Virus record (IMG/VR): IMGVR_UViG_3300030376_004320 | Coordinates: 1 to 40,563 of that record | DNA: 40,563 nt | Origin: a virus | Lineage: Duplodnaviria; Caudoviricetes | Reading direction: 5' to 3' (one strand) | Shown: one piece after another, positions 1 to 10,179 of the stretch | Layout: the number at the start of each line of letters is the position of its first letter | How positions within the stretch are numbered: position 1 is the stretch's first letter | The notes under the pieces: generated by a model | Databases searched by the model: none | Told to the model about the DNA's origin: nothing | The model's input: the letters and a program-made list of their open reading frames with translations, nothing else | Translations under genes and position numbers: made by a program

Positions 1-1093
1 CATATAAAACCAATTTTGTCTTCTTATTATATAAATAGTCTTGAATTAATAAAATCTTCTTAATATTAGATTCAGTTTCATAAGCCTGAATTAAATAGTT
101 AAAAACTTTATTTCTATTTAAATCCTCGTAATTCTTAAATAATAGTTTCCGTCTATAAATATCAGTTGAAACTAAATTATGAGTGTTTATTTCATTCCAT
201 TTCTTATTTATATAAGTATGAACTTTATCAAAAAATGGAACTTTTTCTCGTGTTTCTTTATCAATTCCACCATATAATAATTTAAATGTTTTCTGTTTTG
301 ATTCTTCATATGAACATTCATAGTGTTTAGATAAATGTTCGTGAACTGATTCTTCACCAAAATCATAATTAACCAAGTCAGCAATCAATCTCAAGTGATA
401 AGCATCAAAGTCAAATTCAACTAAATAATCGTTTTCAGCTATGAATCCTTTCCTTTTCTCAGGTGGTAGAGCAGCAAAGTTAACACTTCCAAATGAATTA
501 CTTGGACGGCCTGTTGTTGTCCATAGATTGTAATTTGAATACAATTTACCATTCGATATATGTTTCTTTACTCTGATGTCAAATATATCACATATATCAT
601 CAGATACCTTGATACCATTCTTTTCAATAGATGTAAATGCTTTCACAACATCATTCATATAAGAATCATCTTTATCTACAAATATATTATCCATTGACTT
701 TAAAATATCATTACAATACTCATTGTGTTTCGATAATGGTATGATTTCGTTAAGTTTTTTAACATTGTAAAACTTATTACTCAAGAAATCTATTGCATTA
801 TTCGTTATATGTTTTTCAAATGGTTTTGATGTCTCTTCCCAATAAGAATGATTAATATCAACAACATTGTCAAATTGATAAAAATGATTTAATTTTTTTT
901 TATCTGGCGTGATAATTATGTGTTCATTCAACCATTTGAAATCTTCCAAAACCTTATCCGAATCAGGATGTTTTTGTATTATGAAGAATGATTTATCGTC
1001 TTTATGTTTAACCCATAGTGCTGATAATCCATTGTTTTCATGTAATGGATGTAAGAATGGTTCTTTAAATATAGGTATAACACAATAATACAT
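1..1093 (-). CDS. polA: Family A DNA polymerase, compact and atypical, 3' end runs off the window (not in ORF track)
   Basis: Hand translation from ATG 1093 stays open to base 1: MYYCVIPIFKEPFLHP...WTTTGRPSN...VEFDFDAYHLRLIA (motif A)...SKQKTFKLLYGG (motif B)...FNYLIQAYETE...KLVLY (approaching motif C). Confidence 0.85.
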   Translation of the reverse strand, partial: MYYCVIPIFKEPFLHPLHENNGLSALWVKHKDDKSFFIIQKHPDSDKVLEDFKWLNEHIIITPDKKKLNHFYQFDNVVDINHSYWEETSKPFEKHITNNAIDFLSNKFYNVKKLNEIIPLSKHNEYCNDILKSMDNIFVDKDDSYMNDVVKAFTSIEKNGIKVSDDICDIFDIRVKKHISNGKLYSNYNLWTTTGRPSNSFGSVNFAALPPEKRKGFIAENDYLVEFDFDAYHLRLIADLVNYDFGEESVHEHLSKHYECSYEESKQKTFKLLYGGIDKETREKVPFFDKVHTYINKKWNEINTHNLVSTDIYRRKLLFKNYEDLNRNKVFNYLIQAYETESNIKKILLIQDYLYNKKTKLVLY

Positions 1094-1098
1094 ACTAC

Positions 1099-1135
1099 AA
1101 TATATAACATATTTTTATAAAAAACAAGCTTTTTT
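1099..1135 (-). promoter_or_regulatory. Sigma70-like promoter, probably giving a leaderless polA mRNA
   Basis: Minus strand AAAAAGC-TTGTTT-17 nt-TATATT-5 nt-ATG; no SD; same AAAAAGCTTG element at 39205-39240. Confidence 0.55.
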
Positions 1136-4100
1136 TAATCATATAGGTCTGGAGTTCCTCCACCATCTGGACCTTCATCCTCCCACTCATAGTCACTCCA
1201 TCTTGGATCTAATGCTTGATAATTAATATCACTTAATTTAGTTTTAGATGCAGGATTAGTTGGAAACACACCCCACCATTTACTTGGAGCTCCTGAATTA
1301 ATTACAAGATAACATTTTTCATCAGGCCAATAAACACCACCAACATAAGTGGTTTTTCCACCATTTTGTCCCCAAGTAACCCTATAATTACCATATCCAT
1401 TGTATCTATTATTTTCATCAGACCAATAATACAATGGATTCGCTATATAAACGGGTAAATCAGAAACTATTCTAAAACTAAACAATCTATCAAAATATGT
1501 GTATTTTTTATCATCTTCTTGTTGTAAATCTGTCATAAAGAATCTTAAAGAGTTAAAATCTCTATTTGTAATAACATCACTGGTTTTACCACTAACTGAT
1601 GTACCATCACTATTCCATTTTAAAAGGTCAGCGCCTGTAATAGTTGGAGTTGTACCTGAACCCTTTACATAATCCCAATCCCAAGATCCACCACTATGTG
1701 GTTTGAGTGTTCCAGAGTCACTTCTTTGCCAATATGATTCACTCCTTTTTCCAAACAATGTTGAAAACGCAGTCGCTTCATTATCCCACATATACGCTCT
1801 TCTATCCTCTATATCCTCTGATAGTAATTCCCCACCTTTTAACATCATTGGGTCTAATACAACAGCAGGTGGGTCAGCTTTTTGCTTGTTTTCTGAAATT
1901 GATATTGATTTTACTAAAAAGTCAGCGTCATCACCACTTATGTTTGCTTCATTTAATAAATTTTTAAGATTTTCTTTTTCTTCATTATCTCCAGTAGCTG
2001 GAGCCTTAAACATATTTGAATCTTCATATCTATGTGGACTAACTCTAAATTGTGTCTCTAAAGTTGTATACCATCCACTAGAACCAACATCATGAGATAC
2101 ATTTATAACTTGAAAATAAACATACTCCATATATAATTCAGGTAAATAGTCAACTCTGAATGTATCACCTGGTTTTAATGAAGAAATCCCATAAATAGTT
2201 AATTCTAATTTCATTGGAAGAGGTATAGCTTTATAATGGTCTTCTGTTATGAACTCTCCAGTTATTTTATATTCATAATAATCATCAATATTTCCCGCTA
2301 CAGTTTTTCCAGCTTCTCTTTCCCTCTTTCTTGCCAATTCCATTCTAGCTTCTCCATTGAAGTCAATGTCATCATTAAACACTCCACTTTGTTTTTTTGA
2401 TTTTTCTTCAACGGATGGCGACCATTCTACATTTGGATTAACAACACCAATACCACTCCAATAAGATTGATTACCACTGTTTTTATCTTTAAATTGTGTT
2501 GTAATATCATTATAATATTTTAATTTTTGTTTTTGAGTAAATTGTTGAGATGCTTGATTTAAAGCATTGTAAGCTCCTAAATCAGGTAAATATCTAAATC
2601 CTACTTTTTTCAAATCAGCGTTATATTTATTACAAATTGTTTGTAAAGCTGAATGTGATTCTATAATTGATGATATTGGATCCATTTTAGCAGGTGTTCC
2701 AGTCATAGCTTGAATAGCATACATACTACCAATATCACCATCTGGCATTTCAAATGAAACACTATAATCAGTCACTATGGAATTTTTACTCATAACTTCA
2801 AATTTAAATATTTTATCAAATTCTTTTTTTCGTTCATCTTTAGTTCCGATAGCAACATTAGAAAAATTCATATCATTTATTTTTAAAATATTTTCTTCCC
2901 CTACTAATTTCCAATCCCATAATCCATAAGAATCTTCATTTACAGCATCTAATATTTCATTAACCACATCTCTAAAATTTTTGTTATTATCATTCGTGAA
3001 AGCATCCTTAACAATATCAACATTAATAAATATTTCTCTAATTGGAACTCTTTTTACCTCTTTATCATATTTAGTAACTAATCCATTCTGAGTAAAAACT
3101 CTTACTGGCCTTGTCTCTGTTGCTGCTGTATCCACATATACTTCTTTAACAAATTTATTAAAGCTTTCTTTGTTTTCATCTACTTTCTTTTTAAACTCAG
3201 CTTCATCACCATATTGTTTATAATTTTCTTTACCACCTAGTAAAAATTCTTGAACTCTCTCCGCATCTTTCATTCCAGATTTTTGTTTTCCACTAGCATC
3301 TCGTGGGTTACTATAACTTATATCCCAATTATATGGTATTAAAAAATTAGGAGCACTATCGGTTTGAGCTTGTTTGTATAAAAATCCCTTTTCAAATGCA
3401 GTAAAACCATCAGAGGAATCAAGTCTTACTGTGAATTTACCTTCTTTGTCTTCTGATACTGATTTCGCATCATCACCATGTCCAAAATATTTATTAAAAA
3501 TTCTATCTTCCAATAAACCCCACTGTATATATGAGTCTTCAGCATCTTCGTCACCAACAACAAACAATCCACTTATCTGAGCCATAGCCGTTGGAACAAA
3601 AGATTTTGAACCAAATGATTTAAACTTTACAGAAGTTAAAAAATTGTCAAATGATAACGAATCATCTACGCTGGTGCCTGCATTAGTGATTTTTTCCACT
3701 CCACTTTGTAACCTAGCTTGGTCTTCTGAACTACCTAACTTATAAGCCTGTTCATAAAATATTAAATTATCTAAATCAAATGCAAATTTTTGATTAGTAG
3801 CCTCTACATTTTCACCTGTGTGTTTAGGGTATTGTATTAGAGCTGAGTTCTTAGAAGTTATAGTGAGACTACATTCAACACTTCCATTTTGTTGTATTTT
3901 TGAATCATAATCAGTAACAATTCCTACCAATGTTTCAACATCACCATTACATCGAGTTACAAATCCATCCTCATCAATAGAGTCTCTTTCTATCTGTCCA
4001 TATAATTTATGTTCTACTTTTTCATCATTTGAATATTGATTATCTCTTGATTTTAAATTTAGTATTTCATGTGGATCATATAATTTTATTGGATTTCCAG

Positions 4101-4812
4101 ATGAATCTTTTAAAGCATCCCAACCAAAGTCAACAAATACTTGAGCACCTGGTCTTAGAAAAAATTTACTAAATATTTTATCATAGTCATGAAAATTATG
4201 AACAACAAAATCAACAGTGGTTTTTTTAATACTACCCATTATTCCCTCTGTTTCGGAACTTACTTTTGTTATACCAGCTGCAGGTTTCATAAACTTATTG
4301 TTGTCACCTTCTACTCGATGTTCTGGTGGAAATACAGCTGAATAATTTGGATTTTGTTGAGAGTTGTTTGGATTCATTGAATTATCAAGTGTTGATAAAT
4401 TATTTGTTCCAACTATGTAAATTGTTCTTTCTAATTCTTTGTATTTAATTTGTTGTATAAGAGAATTTAATCTTTCTAATTCATTATCTTCTTGTTTAGA
4501 TTTGATTATACTATCAGCAATTGAAGAATTTGTAGAATCTTCTGTTTCTTTTTTTTCAAAATCTCGTTCATTTACTAATGATATACCTGTCCACATTCTA
4601 GCAAATGGTGTTCTTGATGATAAGTCAGCCTCCATATTAAAATTACTAGCAAGTAATTCATCATATTTATACCTACTTGCTCTGTCATCCTTATAATTAG
4701 AATCTATTTCTTCAAATGGTTTTTTATCACCGATAGCTGCAAGTTGTCTAGCTTCTAACTTCTTCTGAACATTTATTGGTATTGGAGAACCGAATATTCT
4801 TTTATTTATCAT
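1135..4812 (-). CDS. Large baseplate hub protein (gp27/late control D-like)
   Basis: Follows tape measure, tube initiator and LysM genes; hub-type segment LELTIYGISSLKPGDTFRVDYLP...YFQVINVSHDVGSSGWYTTLE. Confidence 0.6.
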   Translation of the reverse strand: MINKRIFGSPIPINVQKKLEARQLAAIGDKKPFEEIDSNYKDDRASRYKYDELLASNFNMEADLSSRTPFARMWTGISLVNERDFEKKETEDSTNSSIADSIIKSKQEDNELERLNSLIQQIKYKELERTIYIVGTNNLSTLDNSMNPNNSQQNPNYSAVFPPEHRVEGDNNKFMKPAAGITKVSSETEGIMGSIKKTTVDFVVHNFHDYDKIFSKFFLRPGAQVFVDFGWDALKDSSGNPIKLYDPHEILNLKSRDNQYSNDEKVEHKLYGQIERDSIDEDGFVTRCNGDVETLVGIVTDYDSKIQQNGSVECSLTITSKNSALIQYPKHTGENVEATNQKFAFDLDNLIFYEQAYKLGSSEDQARLQSGVEKITNAGTSVDDSLSFDNFLTSVKFKSFGSKSFVPTAMAQISGLFVVGDEDAEDSYIQWGLLEDRIFNKYFGHGDDAKSVSEDKEGKFTVRLDSSDGFTAFEKGFLYKQAQTDSAPNFLIPYNWDISYSNPRDASGKQKSGMKDAERVQEFLLGGKENYKQYGDEAEFKKKVDENKESFNKFVKEVYVDTAATETRPVRVFTQNGLVTKYDKEVKRVPIREIFINVDIVKDAFTNDNNKNFRDVVNEILDAVNEDSYGLWDWKLVGEENILKINDMNFSNVAIGTKDERKKEFDKIFKFEVMSKNSIVTDYSVSFEMPDGDIGSMYAIQAMTGTPAKMDPISSIIESHSALQTICNKYNADLKKVGFRYLPDLGAYNALNQASQQFTQKQKLKYYNDITTQFKDKNSGNQSYWSGIGVVNPNVEWSPSVEEKSKKQSGVFNDDIDFNGEARMELARKREREAGKTVAGNIDDYYEYKITGEFITEDHYKAIPLPMKLELTIYGISSLKPGDTFRVDYLPELYMEYVYFQVINVSHDVGSSGWYTTLETQFRVSPHRYEDSNMFKAPATGDNEEKENLKNLLNEANISGDDADFLVKSISISENKQKADPPAVVLDPMMLKGGELLSEDIEDRRAYMWDNEATAFSTLFGKRSESYWQRSDSGTLKPHSGGSWDWDYVKGSGTTPTITGADLLKWNSDGTSVSGKTSDVITNRDFNSLRFFMTDLQQEDDKKYTYFDRLFSFRIVSDLPVYIANPLYYWSDENNRYNGYGNYRVTWGQNGGKTTYVGGVYWPDEKCYLVINSGAPSKWWGVFPTNPASKTKLSDINYQALDPRWSDYEWEDEGPDGGGTPDLYD

Positions 4813-4814
4813 TT

Positions 4815-5084
4815 TTATAACCCTTTAGCAAATTCTGTATCAATAGGTATCCTTAAAGATGTTCCAGCTGGAATGTTATTTGTTTTTAAATTATTCACTC
4901 TAGCTATAAACCACCACAAGTTTGAATTACCATAAAATTCAAAAGCTAAATTATCACACCTATCACCCTCTTGTGCAATAAAATATTGGTCAGTATTTTT
5001 TTCAGGAACTTTAGAATAAATAGTAGTATTATAATAATTTTTATTATTTTTTGATGATATTTTAGTCGAGTTGTATCTAGCCAT
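4815..5084 (-). CDS. LysM-domain baseplate wedge protein (gp53/P2 gpX-like)
   Basis: QEGDRCDNLAFEFYGNSNLWWFIARVNNL...IPAGTSLRIP LysM pattern; baseplate context. Confidence 0.8.
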   Translation of the reverse strand: MARYNSTKISSKNNKNYYNTTIYSKVPEKNTDQYFIAQEGDRCDNLAFEFYGNSNLWWFIARVNNLKTNNIPAGTSLRIPIDTEFAKGL

Positions 5085-5095
5085 AATTTATTCTC

Positions 5096-6910
5096 CTATC
5101 CGAGCGAATCAGTTATACCATAAAATGAATACTCATCACCCTTTTCATTGTATAATCCTGGAACTTCACCATGTATAACTTTATAAGTCATTGTTGCAAA
5201 AATATGTTTTGGAACTCTAGCACCTTTTTCAGTTTCCCAAGTTGAACCCTCAGGAACTGAATAACTAATTGTTTCAATAAAACCTAATAATTCATTGTTC
5301 GTTGTTCCAAACATTTCACCTAATCTGAATTTTGTCAATGGTGGTTTCATCCTTGTTTTACTTACAGACTTTGTAACATTTTGATTAGCATCTTTAGTTG
5401 ACAAATATCCTGATAATAAATTATCTTTTGCATATTCTGGATATGCAAGTGATGTTATTCTATTAAGTTTTTTCCATATTGCATCTAATTCTTTTCTTGT
5501 TTGAGCATAAAGTTTAAGTGTAAAGTTTATTGTTCTTGTTGCTTTTTCATATACATAGACACCCTCACTTCTTCCAAGATAATTTGTTTCACTCCAAGAT
5601 GGTGATATGTCTTCGGTGATTCCCTCTAAATACGCTCTAAAAAATATATAACTATTATCTCTTAAATCTTTAAAATAAACAGGCATTCCTTCCTTAGATG
5701 AATCTATATCTGATGAAAAAGTTTGTTTAACTCCATCAATAGAGTTTACTTTTGCTTCTTTAAATGCATCGGTTGTTCCACCTCCAGTATTTAACTTATC
5801 ACCTTTAATCATTGGCGCTAAAGTCATCTTATCACCAGTTGAAGTTGGTTCTACTTCTCCAGCATCTATACCTATTTTAGATGCGAAATTTTTAAGTTGG
5901 TCTCCTAAATTACCCGCACCAGCTGCACCATCAACATCATATGTAGCTCCTGTAAATGTGTTGTTTAATTTATCCTCTGATTTTGGAACATAACCTCGCA
6001 TCACAGCTGATGTAGCATCATCAACTAAACTGTCTATAAGGTTATTGGATGAGTTACCATATTCACCTGGAAAACCAGATTTTGATAAAATATTTGGTAA
6101 ACCTTGTCCAAGAACTCTACCTCCAACCGCGATAAGTGTTGATAAAGGATTGTAACCTTGATTAAATCTCTGTGGAACTCTAACTAACCCATCTCTATCT
6201 TTATTTATAACAACAGAAGTTGGAACTACTAATTGAGCATTTTTTGCTGCAATATTTAATAAACCTGAAGGGGATGTTAAATACTTTGCAACTCTTAATG
6301 TATCTGCTATTGGACGGGCTAATGGTATTAATCTACTTCCAGCATTTGTTAATCTTCCATTAACACCTAAATCATCTGTTCTTGGTAAGTTACTGACTAT
6401 GTATGGTTCTTTTCCCATATCCTCTAAGAAGTCACCAACTCCTCCAATTAAATTACTATCAAAAAAGTTTAAATTATTTATTAATTTACCAACTCCACTT
6501 ATTGCTGATGTTCTAAATGAACTTGAATCACTTTTTATATCTAAAGTTTGATTAACATTTGGATTTCCATAACTAAATGGTTGGAATGGATTTTGTCCTC
6601 TTGGTTTTGGTTTTGAAATATTTTTTGATTTATGATTTCTTTCATATAAATCAAACCAACCATGATTTATTAAAGAATCACCTAACCCCTTATTAAATTC
6701 ACCACTTATAATTTCATTTAATGGTGAGTAAGTCTGAGGAAATGCTGGTTGTGAGTTTGTTGTTGTAGTTATGTTAACAACATTAGTTCTTGTTAATGAA
6801 TCAAATATAGGAGACTGTGATGAAAAGTCTTGAGTTTCTTGAGTTAGAAACTCGTCAGCTCTATCAGCAACTTGGTCTTGAAATATACTTCTTAATTGTT
6901 CTAATCCCAA
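5096..6910 (-). CDS. Baseplate/tail-tube initiator-like protein (gp48/gp54-like C-terminal domain)
   Basis: FFRAYLEGITEDISPSWSETNYLGRSEGVYVYEKATRTINFTLKL...PPLTKFRLGEMF; position after tape measure. Confidence 0.6.
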   Translation of the reverse strand: MGLEQLRSIFQDQVADRADEFLTQETQDFSSQSPIFDSLTRTNVVNITTTTNSQPAFPQTYSPLNEIISGEFNKGLGDSLINHGWFDLYERNHKSKNISKPKPRGQNPFQPFSYGNPNVNQTLDIKSDSSSFRTSAISGVGKLINNLNFFDSNLIGGVGDFLEDMGKEPYIVSNLPRTDDLGVNGRLTNAGSRLIPLARPIADTLRVAKYLTSPSGLLNIAAKNAQLVVPTSVVINKDRDGLVRVPQRFNQGYNPLSTLIAVGGRVLGQGLPNILSKSGFPGEYGNSSNNLIDSLVDDATSAVMRGYVPKSEDKLNNTFTGATYDVDGAAGAGNLGDQLKNFASKIGIDAGEVEPTSTGDKMTLAPMIKGDKLNTGGGTTDAFKEAKVNSIDGVKQTFSSDIDSSKEGMPVYFKDLRDNSYIFFRAYLEGITEDISPSWSETNYLGRSEGVYVYEKATRTINFTLKLYAQTRKELDAIWKKLNRITSLAYPEYAKDNLLSGYLSTKDANQNVTKSVSKTRMKPPLTKFRLGEMFGTTNNELLGFIETISYSVPEGSTWETEKGARVPKHIFATMTYKVIHGEVPGLYNEKGDEYSFYGITDSLG

Positions 6911-6921
6911 TTCATTTCTCC

Positions 6922-8853
6922 TTACATCATCCCACCAAATGCTTTACCTGCAGCTTTACCTGTTTTCTTAGGTGCATCTATCATAGCTGTTATAAGTTGG
7001 TCTAATTTAGTGTTAGTAGCTGCTGATTGTTTTTCCAAACCAGAAGTATCTACTGTATTATTAACTACATTTGTTGCAGTATTTGTAGCTGCTTTAGCTC
7101 CTGCTATACCTGGTGCCATTAATATATCATCATCTTTTCTACCCACTAATGCATTTGGACTACCTGCAGGTGAAACCATTGGTCTATCAGTCACTCCAGC
7201 TGGAATTACTGCGTCTCCAACAAATGCCATAATTGTTCCAATAGCTGCTACCGCTGCACCAATACCAAGAGCTATACCAACAATTGGAATATCTTTAAAA
7301 CTTTTCATCGCTGTTGAAAATGTATTCGCTATAGCAACAGCTAATGATAGTATTTTAAGAGTAACCATAAATCCAATAATTGCTGGTAAAATAACTTTTG
7401 TTTCTAATAAAAATCCCACAACTGAACCAAATGCACTAACTATACCAATTATAGCAGGTCCAAGTGATTCTGCTAACTCCATACCTAACACTTGAAAGTC
7501 TGCTAATATCTGAGCAGTGGATGTTATAGCTTCTTCTGGTATCATATTTTGTGAAGCCTTAGCAAACTCACCTGCTACTGTTTTTGCTTCTTTCTCTTTA
7601 GAAACCATTTTACTTAATTGTTCGACACTCATACCTGTAGCACTAGCTAATGCTTTTTTCTGTAATACATTCATTTTATCAAATTCAGCTTGACTACCAA
7701 CTTGTTTTAAAATTTCTTGTTGGAATCCTTCAATATCATTATTTAATGCTAACTCTCTAGCTTTTTGTAAATTTACATTTCTACCCAACATAACTGAAGC
7801 TTCAACTTCAGCGTTTAATGACGATTGAAAATCTAACATTCCTTCCATTGAACTAGCAACATCTGATAACTCAATACCAAGTTTTCTAGCTTGAATTGCA
7901 GCTCTCATTAAACCCTTAGTTCCTGCTCCTGAAAACTTAGCAAATGTTTCAGTATTATCTGCTATATCTTTTAAAATAACATTTGGAGCAACACCATTAG
8001 CAACAGCTAAAGATTCAGCTGATTTTGACAGATTTAACGCTGCCTCTTCTGATAATCCACCAATCGTGGTTAATGCACCTAATAATTTTGTACTATCTGC
8101 AACTGCCAATCCAGTAGACACAGCTAAGTCACCAACCGAATCAGCTAAGTCTGTAGCAGCTTGGAAACTAATACCAAACTCCATACCTAATTGTTTTATT
8201 GTTGAAAGAGCTTCTTGACCCTCCATACCCAATTGAACAAATTCTTGTGACGCTCCAGCCAATTCATCTCTAAATTCAGTAACACCGATAGCTCCAAACT
8301 CACTAGCGATTGCTTCTTGTTGAGCGTTAAATTGTGTTAATAAAGCTACGGCTATTGTTAATGGATTAGTAACAAACCCACCAATCGCTGAACCTATATT
8401 ACCAAACACCCCATCTAATCCATCAAAAGAGTCTGATAATTGACCACCAATTTCACCTGCAGCATCTGCTAAATCGTTAGCAGCTGCTTTCATATTATTA
8501 AATTCTTGAGAAGATTCTTGTAAACCTTTTGTAAATTCATCTTCACCTTTTTGTCTTTGAATTTGAAAACTTCTGAAAATTTTCATAGTTTTGTTTTGTG
8601 TGGTTGCGTATTTAACACCAAGTTGTGCGGATTTTGATTGTTGTTTTGCTAATTTTACATTTTCTTTTGAGTATTTTTCACTATTAGCTAGTTCATTGGC
8701 CATATCCCTTGAAGATTTAGCAACTTGTGCCATTGGTCCTGATAATTTGGACATATCAATACCACCCATAATCTTACTGATTTGAGCTGCTACATTCTTT
8801 ACTTCTTTTGCACCAGCTACAGTATCTTGTCCGAATAATTTTTCTCTAGCCAT
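6922..8853 (-). CDS. Tail tape measure protein
   Basis: Ala/Gly/Leu-rich helical 643 aa, AIQARKLG...LDFQSSLNAEVEASVMLGRNVNLQKARELA segment, hydrophobic C-terminal stretch; lies between chaperone and baseplate genes. Confidence 0.85.
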   Translation of the reverse strand: MAREKLFGQDTVAGAKEVKNVAAQISKIMGGIDMSKLSGPMAQVAKSSRDMANELANSEKYSKENVKLAKQQSKSAQLGVKYATTQNKTMKIFRSFQIQRQKGEDEFTKGLQESSQEFNNMKAAANDLADAAGEIGGQLSDSFDGLDGVFGNIGSAIGGFVTNPLTIAVALLTQFNAQQEAIASEFGAIGVTEFRDELAGASQEFVQLGMEGQEALSTIKQLGMEFGISFQAATDLADSVGDLAVSTGLAVADSTKLLGALTTIGGLSEEAALNLSKSAESLAVANGVAPNVILKDIADNTETFAKFSGAGTKGLMRAAIQARKLGIELSDVASSMEGMLDFQSSLNAEVEASVMLGRNVNLQKARELALNNDIEGFQQEILKQVGSQAEFDKMNVLQKKALASATGMSVEQLSKMVSKEKEAKTVAGEFAKASQNMIPEEAITSTAQILADFQVLGMELAESLGPAIIGIVSAFGSVVGFLLETKVILPAIIGFMVTLKILSLAVAIANTFSTAMKSFKDIPIVGIALGIGAAVAAIGTIMAFVGDAVIPAGVTDRPMVSPAGSPNALVGRKDDDILMAPGIAGAKAATNTATNVVNNTVDTSGLEKQSAATNTKLDQLITAMIDAPKKTGKAAGKAFGGMM

Positions 8854-8864
8854 TTAACATCTCT

Positions 8865-9161
8865 TTAAAGTTTTCCTTTAGCGTAATCATCCATAACATT
8901 TTTTACAGTTAATTTCTTCATTCTTTTTTTAGGTGGTTTGCCCTCTGCTTTTCTAACTTTATTTATAGCAGAATGCATTTTACTAATACCATCGTTAAAT
9001 TTATCAACTGATTGTTGTAAGTCTTTTTCAAGTTTTTTTGCATCTTTTTTTGGTTTATCTTTTATACCAGTGATGCCTTTAAAAAGACCTTTTAAAAAGG
9101 ATGAAATAATATCCTCTGAAAGAATATTTTTTGTATTCATATATGATTTTTTCTTTGACAC
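8865..9161 (-). CDS. Small basic hypothetical protein with N-terminal ILSE motif
   Basis: ORF with AGGAG SD, preceded by the late motif at 9190. Confidence 0.6.
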   Translation of the reverse strand: MSKKKSYMNTKNILSEDIISSFLKGLFKGITGIKDKPKKDAKKLEKDLQQSVDKFNDGISKMHSAINKVRKAEGKPPKKRMKKLTVKNVMDDYAKGKL

Positions 9162-9189
9162 AATACTCTCCTATTTAGATGTATCTATT

Positions 9190-9202
9190 CATATATAAAT
9201 AT
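9190..9202 (-). promoter_or_regulatory. Putative late promoter ATATTTATATATG
   Basis: Recurrent intergenic motif upstream of structural genes. Confidence 0.65.
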
Positions 9203-9220
9203 CAAAGATGTGAAAAATTA

Positions 9221-9460
9221 CTATTTAAATCTTGGATTCTTGACATTTGGTGTCCGCGCACGACTTTTTTGTTGAGATTTTTTTATTTCGTCAGCTTCTT
9301 TTTTCTTAACCTCATTTAATTCTTTGTAATAGAAAAGTCTTAAATATGTGGGCATATTATATATGTCGTTGTGAGTAAAACCTTGTCCAAAGTATATAAG
9401 TTGAAATATTTGTTTATGTATTTCTGCTTTACTTTCCGGCTTTAGGCCAAAAAAACCCAA
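9221..9460 (-). CDS. Tail assembly chaperone C-terminal frame (gp51/lambda T-like), probably reached by frameshift
   Basis: Overlaps the end of the gp26-like ORF at GGGTTTTTTTGG; no SD or ATG at the ORF start; FTHNDIYNMPTYLRLFYY motif. Confidence 0.65.
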   Translation of the reverse strand: MGFFGLKPESKAEIHKQIFQLIYFGQGFTHNDIYNMPTYLRLFYYKELNEVKKKEADEIKKSQQKSRARTPNVKNPRFK

Positions 9461-10178
9461 CCGTCATTGGTATATCTACCGTGACGGTTTCTCCTCCTAT
9501 TTCTATTTCTTGAGATAATTCAATATCAGGAGAAACTTTTGTTAATTCTTCTCTTAAAAACATTGAATCTCTAGCTAAAATATTTAGAGCAGTTTGATTA
9601 ATTACAGCCGGTGAGTTATCACCATCAACCTCTTTGATAATATATCTCAATCTTGTGGTTAATTCGGGTGATATACCAGTTCCGATTTTTTGTGAAGCTT
9701 TTATGTCTTTAGCAATAAGAACTTCTTCTTTTCCTGTTAAAACACTAAACTTTATTTTTTGTTTAGAAATAGGTAATTCACATTCAAATAAGTTCTCATC
9801 TATACTATCATCCAATTCTTTAAAAGGACAATCAGCTAAATTAAAAGTTTGTTCAGATTTACCACCAGTAGCAGGATTATCAATTTCACACACATATTCA
9901 GGACCGTATGCGAGTATTCTAGCTGCAACCATCACAGCATTTTTATCACCTATAATTAAATCTTGACATTTAACTCCTGATGTAACAATTAATGAATCCA
10001 ATAATCTATCAATCACCACACCTTTTTTAATTAAATTAGCTGATGTGAGAATATCTTCCTCTTTAGCTGTCATATATTTAACTTCTACTTTACCCTCTCT
10101 TAAAGGGGAATCTTTCGGATACAATCTACCTTTACTTGGTAAATCAATTATTTCAGTTGGGAACTTCTGTTCTGCCAT
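9429..10178 (-). CDS. Baseplate hub assembly/tail chaperone (T4 gp26-like)
   Basis: IIDLPSKG...VKYMTAKEEDIL...IPMTVGFFWP pattern; upstream of tape measure. Confidence 0.75.
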   Translation of the reverse strand: MAEQKFPTEIIDLPSKGRLYPKDSPLREGKVEVKYMTAKEEDILTSANLIKKGVVIDRLLDSLIVTSGVKCQDLIIGDKNAVMVAARILAYGPEYVCEIDNPATGGKSEQTFNLADCPFKELDDSIDENLFECELPISKQKIKFSVLTGKEEVLIAKDIKASQKIGTGISPELTTRLRYIIKEVDGDNSPAVINQTALNILARDSMFLREELTKVSPDIELSQEIEIGGETVTVDIPMTVGFFWPKAGK

Positions 10179-10179
10179 T

